DNA from: Candidatus Enterousia sp.
GTDB lineage: Bacteria; Pseudomonadota; Alphaproteobacteria; Rs-D84
DNA length: 64,000 bases
Assembly (NCBI GenBank): GCA_045546195.1
Contig: JAZQCH010000001.1
Location: forward strand, 39,362-103,361
Direction of reading: 5' to 3'
In this document: positions 18,889 through 27,173 of the stretch, in pieces
How positions within the stretch are numbered: the first letter of the stretch is position 1
How the letters are laid out: each line of letters opens with the position of its first letter
Made by a program: the position numbers and the translations under genes
Notes under the pieces: model-generated
The model's database searches: none
The model's input: only the letters and a program-made list of their open reading frames with translations
Told to the model about the DNA's origin: nothing

Positions 18889-19323
18889 ATGACAACCGAT
18901 GAATTTTTTACATATATCAAATCCCGTGGTGCATATTGCGCAGATGCCATATCACCAAATCAAATCGCACTGACCAACACTGCACTACAACAACACCGTC
19001 GTGCCATGTTGCCGACATTTATGTCTGAACTATACACAAAATCAGGCGGCATCATCCTGGGCAACGGCTGTATATTTGGTCCAAACGAAATCCCCCAGGG
19101 TCTGCGTTTCCCAATACCTACCATAGTTAAAATAAACCAAGACATATCCAACATTCCCCAAACCGTTGGCAAAACAATATTTGGTCGCAACGACTTGTTT
19201 TGGTTTGCGTTTGATGCGTTTGGCGTATGTTATATGCTGGACAATTTAACACTGTCACCTTTGCGCAAATATGATGACCCATATCGCGCACTAATCGATT
19301 GTTTAATTGCGGGGAAAATCTAA
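18889..19323 (+). CDS. Possible SUKH-1 / SMI1-KNR4-like protein (the immunity-protein-type fold)
   Basis: Pattern LPTFMSELYTKSGGIILGNG...IFGRNDLFWFAFDAFGVCYMLD resembles the SMI1/KNR4 consensus (LP..Y..fl...NGg ... iG.d..G..l.ld...g.Vy..d). Confidence 0.35.
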   Translation: MTTDEFFTYIKSRGAYCADAISPNQIALTNTALQQHRRAMLPTFMSELYTKSGGIILGNGCIFGPNEIPQGLRFPIPTIVKINQDISNIPQTVGKTIFGRNDLFWFAFDAFGVCYMLDNLTLSPLRKYDDPYRALIDCLIAGKI

Positions 19324-19326
19324 ATT

Positions 19327-19545
19327 ATGAAGAAACTATCTGTATCATTATCTGGCCACCAAACCAGCATCACCCTGGAACCAGAATTCATCGACGCCCT
19401 GCACACATTGGCGGCGCGCGCTGGCAAACCTGTTGCCCAGATAATAAATGAAATTGATTGCGCACGCACACCTGATACAAACCTGTCATCTGCGGTACGC
19501 GTATGGGTATTAAACCAAATGATATTACGCATTGGCACGAATTAA
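19327..19545 (+). CDS. Small ribbon-helix-helix-type DNA-binding protein (72 aa)
   Basis: N-terminal beta-strand region KKLSVSLSGHQTSITLEPEF followed by two helices; its start is 4 nt after the upstream stop (TAAATTATG). Confidence 0.5.
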   Translation: MKKLSVSLSGHQTSITLEPEFIDALHTLAARAGKPVAQIINEIDCARTPDTNLSSAVRVWVLNQMILRIGTN

Positions 19546-19582
19546 AAATCCGCCTATACGGCGGATTTCTTTAATTTTTTGG
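19545..19582 (+). terminator. Terminator reading on both strands (aatccgcctatacggcggatt), between the four-gene operon and the convergent ybeY-lnt
   Basis: Inverted repeat 19548-19568, followed by a T-run on the plus strand and an A-run on the other side. Confidence 0.6.
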
Positions 19583-21571
19583 TTTTATTGTATAAATTCC
19601 AACAATTGATATAATCAAAATAATTATCATCCACCCGTTCAGTCCAATCACACGATACGGCGTAATATGTGCCCCCCAAACAAATCCATCCAGCACCCCT
19701 GTCGACCCAATTGACAGTGATGACATCACCGCACCATCGGCACCGACAAAGGCACTGATACCCGAATAATTCGCGCGCACGATTGGCAATCCTGCCTCTA
19801 TCGCATAGCGGCGCACCATATCCAAATGCTGATATGTACCCGGCGTATTACCAAACCAATTATCATTGGTAATATTTACAATTGCGTGAACATGCCCCGT
19901 ATCCCCACCTGGCAACAAAGAATCCGAAAAAATCACTTCATAGCAAATCGCCGGCGCGAATACAAAATCACCCACCGCAATCAGTTCCGCCCCATACCCC
20001 GGCATCAAATCAATCGGCGCCGGCAAAAATCCCAACGGTCTGTATTCGCCGAACGGCACCAGATGCGATTTACTGTATATTTTTTGTATATCGCCCCCTT
20101 CGTCCACCACCACCATAGAATTAGACAATCCACGTCCATCAAATGTATTTGTACCCATAACAACGGGCCGACCAATTGTTTTTACAAATTCAAATGTATC
20201 ATTTGGCACAACAACAAACGGATATGTTGTTTCTGGGAACACAACCATATCCACTTCCCCTGGTTGGGTTGCCAACGCCATCAAATTACTCAAATTAGAT
20301 TCCGCACGCGCCAACGCTTCGGCACGATTGTGCGTTGCCTTTTGCGATTGTGCCTGTGCTGGCTGAACGATTCTAATCATTGGCCCAGACGCATCTGCCC
20401 CCGCATCAGAATACTCCATATTCTTGTATCCCACAAACGCACCACCAACACCCAACACACAAAACAGCAACAGCGCAATCCAACATCTGCCACATTTTCT
20501 GTCCCGCACAACTTCAACCAACGCCGCTATTGCCCCCACAATAACAAAGGTCAATCCCAACGCCCCCCACAACGCCATAGAATTGGCAACAACCGGCATC
20601 GTCATTGAAATATTTGCGACCGGATTCCATGGGAAGCCTGTGAACACCCACTCGCGCGCCCACAGAACCAACGCCCAAACACAGGCAAACAAAATCGCAC
20701 GCGCCCCACCCGATATGCGCATACGCGCAACCGCAACAAATGGCCACGAAAAAATCAATACACCCGCGACCCCCAAACCAATCAGCCCTGGAATTGTCCA
20801 AATCGCAAATTGTTGGGTCAATTCTGGCACCACATAAATCGAATGTAAAACCCACCAAAAACTGGTCACCGCGTACACCGCACCAAATGGCGACACACGC
20901 AATAACGATTGCCAAAAACCACCCATATTTTCATTACGAACGGTCAACCAATACGCCCCTGCGACACCCAAAACAGTCAGCCACCAATAATAAAATGGCG
21001 CGAACCCAAAACTCGCAACCCCACCAAACAGTGCGTACAGCGCATATTGCCAAAATCCATTTTCACGAATTTTGAAACTTTTCATCCACGACACAAAACG
21101 TCCCCCCGGACAGCAACTGGCGTCTTTACACACAACAACATTTTCATCCGCATATGGATTTTTTATTCCCATTTTTTTCAGCACCTTTATTTCCTTCATC
21201 TCCATCAATATTGCTTCTTCATCTGTCATATGATCGAACCCCAGCAAATGAAACATACCATGAACAACCATATGTGCCACGTGGTCATGAAATGATATTT
21301 TTCCATCTTTTGCTTCGCGCATTACTGTATCATATGAAATATAGATATCCCCCAACAACACATCATCACCCAATTCAAACGACAGCACATTTGTTGGCCT
21401 ATCAACATTACGATACGTTTTATTGATTTCATGAATTTCCGCATCATCAACCAACACGATAGATACTTCGGCATTTTTATATTTCGTACCGACCACCATA
21501 TTTGCGATTTTTTCAAAATCGATTTTATATTTGTCCCAACGTTTATCATGAACATCAACATATACTTTCAT
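19571..21571 (-). CDS. lnt: In-frame fusion ORF: an N-terminal YbeY-like endoribonuclease domain (~1-140) joined to apolipoprotein N-acyltransferase Lnt (~155-666)
   Basis: N-terminus has NVLSFELGDD...HMVVHGMFHLLGFDH (the YbeY H3 metal motif); the rest has the Lnt TM region and the CN-hydrolase domain (VVFPETTYPF, ICYEVIFSD); no stop codon lies between the two parts. Confidence 0.7.
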   Translation of the reverse strand: MKVYVDVHDKRWDKYKIDFEKIANMVVGTKYKNAEVSIVLVDDAEIHEINKTYRNVDRPTNVLSFELGDDVLLGDIYISYDTVMREAKDGKISFHDHVAHMVVHGMFHLLGFDHMTDEEAILMEMKEIKVLKKMGIKNPYADENVVVCKDASCCPGGRFVSWMKSFKIRENGFWQYALYALFGGVASFGFAPFYYWWLTVLGVAGAYWLTVRNENMGGFWQSLLRVSPFGAVYAVTSFWWVLHSIYVVPELTQQFAIWTIPGLIGLGVAGVLIFSWPFVAVARMRISGGARAILFACVWALVLWAREWVFTGFPWNPVANISMTMPVVANSMALWGALGLTFVIVGAIAALVEVVRDRKCGRCWIALLLFCVLGVGGAFVGYKNMEYSDAGADASGPMIRIVQPAQAQSQKATHNRAEALARAESNLSNLMALATQPGEVDMVVFPETTYPFVVVPNDTFEFVKTIGRPVVMGTNTFDGRGLSNSMVVVDEGGDIQKIYSKSHLVPFGEYRPLGFLPAPIDLMPGYGAELIAVGDFVFAPAICYEVIFSDSLLPGGDTGHVHAIVNITNDNWFGNTPGTYQHLDMVRRYAIEAGLPIVRANYSGISAFVGADGAVMSSLSIGSTGVLDGFVWGAHITPYRVIGLNGWMIIILIISIVGIYTIKPKN

Positions 21572-21597
21572 ATTTTCCCCACCTTTCTAACAGGAAC

Positions 21598-23520
21598 TTA
21601 TGCCATATTTCCTTTGAATTCTTGCCCATACAGCAACCAATCCTTTTTCGCATTTTTCTGATGAACATGCTGAAAATCCTTTTTCGCATTTTTCTGATGG
21701 ACATGCTGAATCCCCTTACCAAAGGCCAACTTTTTATCTCTCTTTTGCTTCATCAGATTTGCCACACGGGTGATATCTTTTTGTACTTTACGATTACCGT
21801 TTGCCAACGCCAACTTATAATTTGCCAATGCTTTTTGTAAATTCCCCAGTTGTTCGTACGCAAATCCAGCGTTATATTGCGCTGCGCCATATTGTGATTT
21901 ATCACCAATTCGTTGTACAATTTCACGTGCCTGAACAATCGCTTCGTTATACATACCCAACCGATTATATGTCGCCGCCAAATCATTACGCAACAAAGCA
22001 TTATCGGGATATTGTTCAATCATTTTCTTGTATTTATCTGCGGCCACCTGATAGTCACCCGCCCGATATGCGCCAACCGCATCGGCATACAGTTCATCAT
22101 ACCCCAGAACATACGTCTTAATCTCGACCTGTTCTTCCTTTACTTCTTGTTTTTTCTTATCAGCCCGCTTTACCATATCCCAAAAACTTGGCTGTGCGGC
22201 AACCTCGCACTTGCCTGCGCGACACGCCTCCGCCACATCTTGTGGCAACCAATCCCCCGCAGGTTTCCACCGACTTCCCGTCAGTTTATTTCCCCTTCTA
22301 TCCACTGGATTTTCCAACCATTTGTTAAATTTTTCCAACGTCTCATTATTTACAAATCTTTCCCCATTTTTTTCTACAAACCAATTTTCACGTTTATCAC
22401 CGATTGTTTTAAAGAACTCTGGCATTCCACCAACTGGAATTTTCAAAAATACTTCTGGTTTAATTCCACCCCTAAGCACCTGTGCCTCTAACCACCTGCG
22501 CCATTTCAAACCATTTCCCCCCTTCAAAAAATGCCCCAATGAATCTGCAACCTCTTCTTTATTTGCGCCTGTCAACCACACCTGTCCAACCGGCGTCATA
22601 TGTTCCACAGGATACTTTTCAAACACCGCGCGCACTTGTTCCGCCGTTATTGCATTACCGTATTCTTTGTACAGTTTATCCAATTCTGCGAAACGCTCCT
22701 CATAGTTCCGATTTCTCTTTTTATTCACAATTGGCGATTCAATCAAATTAGTTCCCAGATTATATGTTGCGGATGCCAAAGCCGCCAACTCGCTGGCACT
22801 GTTAACATCCACACTGTCAAATACGACATCATAGCAATACAAGTGGAAAAAAGTCTCTTTTTCTGTAATATGCCAACAGGCTAATTCATACGCCTGCTGG
22901 GTAGTAATTGGCGGTGTATTTTTATTAACACGCGTTCCATCCTTTAATATGGTTGAACCAAACCCGATTGTCCAAATACCCTGTCCATCCTTATATGGGA
23001 CATGCATTCCCTGGGCATTGACCCTAACCCCCTCTTTGGCTATCAAATCCGCCACCAGATAAGGCAACACAGGCCTCATTTTTTCCAAAAACTCCGCATA
23101 TGTTCCCGCCTGGGCACGCTTTACATTGTTTTCTATTTTAACCTCTTCTACCAAATCAGAAATTTCAATCCCCGCCTTAGTTCCACCTACAATTAACATA
23201 ATCAGCATATAATAAATCACATGCGACGATAAATTCGGATGTCGCTTCATAAATTCCTGTAATTTTTTATTTTCGCCGTCTTTATTTTTGCCGACACGCA
23301 TATCACGCAACTTTCTTTCACCCGCACGCAATGCATGATTATCCAAAGTAATATATTTAGTTGCCCAGAATACAAACTGTGCCAACCCGGTCATGGTCAC
23401 ACCCACCCCTTTGGCAACTTTTCCATACCATTTATCGGGCTGTGTACGCATGATTTCCTGGGTTGCGCGACCAAAAGCCTTGTGTGGAAAGTTAACAATT
23501 TTTTGAAATTTCTCTGCCAT
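21598..23520 (-). CDS. Membrane-anchored GH24 (phage-type) lysozyme-like protein with C-terminal TPR repeats and a short tandem peptide repeat
   Basis: SD ggggagaaaataaaATG at 23520; TM HVIYYMLIMLIVGG; lysozyme signature KEGVRVNAQGMHVPYKDGQGIWTIGFGST; TPR-like helices (YQVAADKYKKMIEQYPDNALLRNDLAATYNRLG...); C-terminal 2x QHVHQKNAKKD. Confidence 0.65.
   Translation of the reverse strand: MAEKFQKIVNFPHKAFGRATQEIMRTQPDKWYGKVAKGVGVTMTGLAQFVFWATKYITLDNHALRAGERKLRDMRVGKNKDGENKKLQEFMKRHPNLSSHVIYYMLIMLIVGGTKAGIEISDLVEEVKIENNVKRAQAGTYAEFLEKMRPVLPYLVADLIAKEGVRVNAQGMHVPYKDGQGIWTIGFGSTILKDGTRVNKNTPPITTQQAYELACWHITEKETFFHLYCYDVVFDSVDVNSASELAALASATYNLGTNLIESPIVNKKRNRNYEERFAELDKLYKEYGNAITAEQVRAVFEKYPVEHMTPVGQVWLTGANKEEVADSLGHFLKGGNGLKWRRWLEAQVLRGGIKPEVFLKIPVGGMPEFFKTIGDKRENWFVEKNGERFVNNETLEKFNKWLENPVDRRGNKLTGSRWKPAGDWLPQDVAEACRAGKCEVAAQPSFWDMVKRADKKKQEVKEEQVEIKTYVLGYDELYADAVGAYRAGDYQVAADKYKKMIEQYPDNALLRNDLAATYNRLGMYNEAIVQAREIVQRIGDKSQYGAAQYNAGFAYEQLGNLQKALANYKLALANGNRKVQKDITRVANLMKQKRDKKLAFGKGIQHVHQKNAKKDFQHVHQKNAKKDWLLYGQEFKGNMA
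21642..21713 (-). repeat. Perfect-to-near-perfect 36-bp tandem repeat (2 copies) inside the 3' end of the lysozyme-TPR gene
   Basis: cctttttcgcatttttctgatgRacatgctgaaWNcc appears twice back-to-back; it encodes the duplicated peptide FQHVHQKNAKKD. Confidence 0.8.
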
Positions 23521-23521
23521 T

Positions 23522-23878
23522 TTATTTTCTCCCCAGCCCAGATTTTTTTGCGATTTTCGAACGCTTGCGCGCATATGCCGGCGCCACAAACGGATAATCA
23601 TCTGGCAACCCCCACTTTTCACGATACTGTTGGGGTGTTAAATTAAAACGTCGCTTGATATATCGGCGCAGCATCACATGCCACGTACCATCTTCCAGGC
23701 ATTGAATTTTGTCTGGCTGAATTGAATCTTCTATCTGTTGTGGTGTAACGGATGTACCGCGCAGAATTTCACGTGCGTTTTTGACCGCCACCTCCATCGT
23801 CAGTTTTGGATTCGCATTTATTGCCGCCGCCGCCAGATTGGCAACCGCCAAAGTGAACTCAGAATTTTTATTTACCAA
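23522..23878 (-). CDS. MucR/Ros-family transcriptional regulator. The zinc-ligand residues are not conserved, and the start is uncertain (TTG at 23878 or ATG at 23797).
   Basis: C-terminus QQYREKWGLPDDYPFVAPAYARKRSKIAKKSGLG is the hallmark of MucR/Ros; the region IQCLEDGTWHVMLRRY aligns to the Ros Cys2His2 site with only one Cys; the longer upstream ORF extension overlaps rarA and is taken as an artefact. Confidence 0.6.
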   Translation of the reverse strand: MVNKNSEFTLAVANLAAAAINANPKLTMEVAVKNAREILRGTSVTPQQIEDSIQPDKIQCLEDGTWHVMLRRYIKRRFNLTPQQYREKWGLPDDYPFVAPAYARKRSKIAKKSGLGRK

Positions 23879-23948
23879 CTTGCCAATTCCTTTATAATTT
23901 AATAATATAATTATACCACAAATGAACCATAAATAAAAGCCAAGTAAA

Positions 23949-25220
23949 ATGACACGACCACTTGCCGATTTAATGCGCCCAAACACAATTGACCAGGTTA
24001 TTGGCCAAACCACATTATTGGGTGAAAACGGCTTGGTCCGTCGTATGGTTGACAACAAAAAATTATCTAATTTGATTTTATGGGGGCCACCCGGCTGTGG
24101 CAAGACAACGATTGCGCGCGCCCTGGCAAATTCTGTTGACATGGACTTTGTTCTGATGTCTGCGGTATTTTCGGGCACCGCCGATATCAAAAAAGCGATG
24201 GATGCCGCCCGTATGAACCGCGACATTGGCCGTGGCACCTTGCTGTTCATCGACGAAATTCACCGCTTTAACAAAACGCAACAGGACACCCTGTTGCCAT
24301 ATTTAGAAGATGGCACGGTTGTATTTATTGGTGCGACAACTGAAAACCCCAGTTTTAATTTAAACAACGCGTTGTTGTCGCGTTGCCACATTGGCGTTTT
24401 ACAACCCCTGTCCACCGAAGATTTGCTGACATTGATGACCCGCGCCGAAGAATTCGTTGATAAAAAATTACCACTGGAAAACGATGCCCGCACCCACCTG
24501 GCCCAGATGGCGGACGGCGACGCACGATTTTTACTGAACACAGTCGAATACCTGTTTAACGCAAACTTTAAAAAACCGCTATCACCCGACGCCTTGGACA
24601 ACGCCGTACAGAAACGCGCGCCCCTGTCGGACAAACACGGTGACGAACATTATAATTTAATATCTGCGGTTCATAAATCCCTGCGCGCCAGTGATACCGA
24701 CGCCGCCCTGTACTGGACGGCGCGCATGATGACATCGGGCCAAGACCCCATGTATATTTTCCGCAGACTTACCCGCTTTGCGGTCGAAGATGTGGGCCTG
24801 GCCGACCCGAACGCCCTGCAGATTGCGATTGCCGCCTGGTCTGCGTATGAAAGGCTGGGCAGTCCCGAAGGTGACCTGGCCCTGACACAACTTGTAATTT
24901 ACCTGGGCACGGCCCCAAAAAGCATTGGCAATTACCGCGCGCAAAAGGCCGCATACGCTGCCGCCCGCGAAACAGGCAGCCTAATGCCACCAAAAAACAT
25001 CCTGAACGCGCCAACAAAAATGATGAAAAATTTGGGCTATAATGCGGGCTATATCTATGACCCAGACACCGCGACCGGCTTTTCCGGCCAGAACTGTTTC
25101 CCAGAATCCATGGGGCGCAGAAAGTTCTATGAACCGGTCGAACGTGGATTTGAACGCGAAATAAAAAAACGTCTGGAATATTGGGACGCGTTGCGCGATA
25201 AAATAAATAAAAATTCCTAG
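23949..25220 (+). CDS. rarA: Replication-associated recombination protein A (AAA+ ATPase, MgsA/RarA)
   Basis: Walker A GPPGCGKTT, Walker B LFIDEIHRF, sensor and C-terminal MgsA helical domain. Confidence 0.9.
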   Translation: MTRPLADLMRPNTIDQVIGQTTLLGENGLVRRMVDNKKLSNLILWGPPGCGKTTIARALANSVDMDFVLMSAVFSGTADIKKAMDAARMNRDIGRGTLLFIDEIHRFNKTQQDTLLPYLEDGTVVFIGATTENPSFNLNNALLSRCHIGVLQPLSTEDLLTLMTRAEEFVDKKLPLENDARTHLAQMADGDARFLLNTVEYLFNANFKKPLSPDALDNAVQKRAPLSDKHGDEHYNLISAVHKSLRASDTDAALYWTARMMTSGQDPMYIFRRLTRFAVEDVGLADPNALQIAIAAWSAYERLGSPEGDLALTQLVIYLGTAPKSIGNYRAQKAAYAAARETGSLMPPKNILNAPTKMMKNLGYNAGYIYDPDTATGFSGQNCFPESMGRRKFYEPVERGFEREIKKRLEYWDALRDKINKNS

Positions 25221-26182
25221 TGTTCTTTGGCCATAATATCGCCAATTTCACGCAACATCACCTGAACATTTTCTGACACATCGGTATGCCGCACCGCACA
25301 GCCAACATTTGCGCGCTTAATCAGTCCGGTCAGCGTCCGCCCCGGCCCCAATTCATAGGCACGCGTAATATTATATGTTGGAAAACTTTCCATAATTTCC
25401 ATCCAACGCACCCCATGCGTCATCTGATTACACAACGCATCACGCACATCGCGCGGATTTGACATAAATTGCGCAGTCTGGTTTGAATACCAATTTGTCT
25501 GCGGTGCTTCGAAATGAATTTGTTCCATACGCGCACGCAATAATTTTTCAGCATTACTCATCAACGCACAATGCGCCGGCACAGACACATTTAATCGTTT
25601 GGCAATACGCGCGCCCCGCATCTGGGCGGACGCCACAATCGCATCCAGTGCTTCATTATGCCCACTAATAACAAACTGGTCGCGCGCATTATGATTTGAT
25701 ATTTGCGCATATCCCACCCCGGCGGCATCAACCATACATTGGTCAATTTCATCTTTGGACAAACCGACAATTGCCGCCATACCACCGGCACCGGCAACAT
25801 TTTGCATATATGTCGCGCGGGCCGCCAACATATGAACCGCATCATCCATTTTCATACTGCCCACACAGTTCAACGCAGAATATTGCCCCATTGAATGACC
25901 CGCCATTGCGTATCCGATTGTCCACAGCGGCATACCAAATTCACTTTCTATGATATTTGCAATCGCGACCGAATGCGCAAATGTTGCCAACGATGTATTT
26001 TCAGGCATATTCAGTTCCGCCTGTCCCCCACTAAAACAAATCTTGGCCATATCGCGCTTTGCGATATCAGACACCTGTTCAAAAATATATCGCGCCGCCA
26101 CAAAATCACGAAACAAATCTGCGCCCATACCAACGTATTGCGCACCTTGCCCGGGAAAAACAAAAATTATTTTATCTGACAT
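25217..26182 (-). CDS. fabD: Malonyl CoA-ACP transacylase
   Basis: FPGQGAQYVGMG, active-site GHSMGQYSA. Confidence 0.9.
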   Translation of the reverse strand: MSDKIIFVFPGQGAQYVGMGADLFRDFVAARYIFEQVSDIAKRDMAKICFSGGQAELNMPENTSLATFAHSVAIANIIESEFGMPLWTIGYAMAGHSMGQYSALNCVGSMKMDDAVHMLAARATYMQNVAGAGGMAAIVGLSKDEIDQCMVDAAGVGYAQISNHNARDQFVISGHNEALDAIVASAQMRGARIAKRLNVSVPAHCALMSNAEKLLRARMEQIHFEAPQTNWYSNQTAQFMSNPRDVRDALCNQMTHGVRWMEIMESFPTYNITRAYELGPGRTLTGLIKRANVGCAVRHTDVSENVQVMLREIGDIMAKEH

Positions 26183-26252
26183 AACATCATAAAATTAACA
26201 CAAAATAAATTATTGTCAATTAAAATCAACCCTACCCGGCCCCTTGCTTGGT

Positions 26253-26361
26253 AAAAAATAAAAGATAATGGTATAGATAAACGAATTGTGGGTGTCGTAG
26301 TGTACAGACGCTACATGAGACACCCACAATTCGCTTTAGATATGCCATTATCTTTTATTTT
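26253..26361. repeat. Nested-palindrome repeat element, copy A. The outer arms aaagataatggtatagat and agatatgccattatcttt are conserved, the inner stem (cgaattgtgggtgtc / gacacccacaattcg) is variable, and the centre gtagtgtacagacgctacatgag is conserved. It is flanked by an A-run and a T-run.
   Basis: Inverted repeats seen directly in the sequence; the same architecture with a different inner stem recurs at 59862-59969. Confidence 0.75.
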
Positions 26362-27099
26362 TTAGAATAAGATATTTATCTTGAATCCTACCTGTGCATC
26401 ATCTGATTCAAATTCATAGTCCACATGCCCCACATATTGTGTGCGACCATACTGACGAACCAATTTCATATGTAACCATTCTTGGTCATAATCGGTACCA
26501 TCTATTGGGTCTTTGTGGGTTGCCTTGCGTATGGTCAGCCCCGCCCCAATACGCCAATCGGGTGCAATACGGAAATAGGATTCTGGCGAAAAGTCCAAGA
26601 ACGCAATCCCCCGTTCATCATCAAACACCCATGTTGATTTAACTGTTGCGGCCAATGTCATACCTGCCCATTGACGCCCCATACGCAACCCAACATAGTA
26701 TGTTGAATCCGCATAGTCTGGGGTACGCACACGATGACTGCCCCCGAATTTAAATCCGAACAAGACATCTGAAATAATACGCGCATCATTATCGTCGGCA
26801 TTACCCATACGATACACACCACCTAAATCAATTGCGGAAAATCCATCTTCGGGGCCGTTAAAGTCATGCTGGTAATGAACATTTGCGCCAATTGCCAACC
26901 GATTGTTCATACCATACGACACAGACTGTCCCATACGCAGGATATGGTCCCAGTACGAAATCGACGATGTTGATAAAATTTCTTCTATGCCCTGTAAAAA
27001 CAGCGGGTCCGATGTATCGGTTGTCAAATCATTTGCGCGCGCGAACGATGGCACCACCATCACCCCCAACAAAGCCATAATTGAAAAAAACTTACGCAT
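26362..27099 (-). CDS. Outer-membrane beta-barrel protein (hypothetical)
   Basis: Start at MRKFFSIMALLGVMVVPSFA with SD agggagagag; C-terminal ...FKINILF; Gly/aromatic-rich amphipathic strands. Confidence 0.55.
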   Translation of the reverse strand: MRKFFSIMALLGVMVVPSFARANDLTTDTSDPLFLQGIEEILSTSSISYWDHILRMGQSVSYGMNNRLAIGANVHYQHDFNGPEDGFSAIDLGGVYRMGNADDNDARIISDVLFGFKFGGSHRVRTPDYADSTYYVGLRMGRQWAGMTLAATVKSTWVFDDERGIAFLDFSPESYFRIAPDWRIGAGLTIRKATHKDPIDGTDYDQEWLHMKLVRQYGRTQYVGHVDYEFESDDAQVGFKINILF

Positions 27100-27173
27100 A
27101 GTATCTCTCTCCCTAAAATACAAAATATAAACACACCGCCCCCAGAACACCTGGGGGCAGTTCAATCAGAACA

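Noticed and set aside
19826-20608. 260-aa plus-strand ORF antisense to the ybeY-lnt ORF
   Set aside because: Arg/His/Gln-rich nonsense-like translation opposite a gene with clear motifs.
23522-24250. 242-aa minus-strand ORF whose N-terminal half overlaps the rarA start
   Set aside because: Only the C-terminal ~115 residues look like MucR/Ros. The upstream part reads through the rarA promoter and 5' end. The gene is taken to start at TTG 23878 or ATG 23797.
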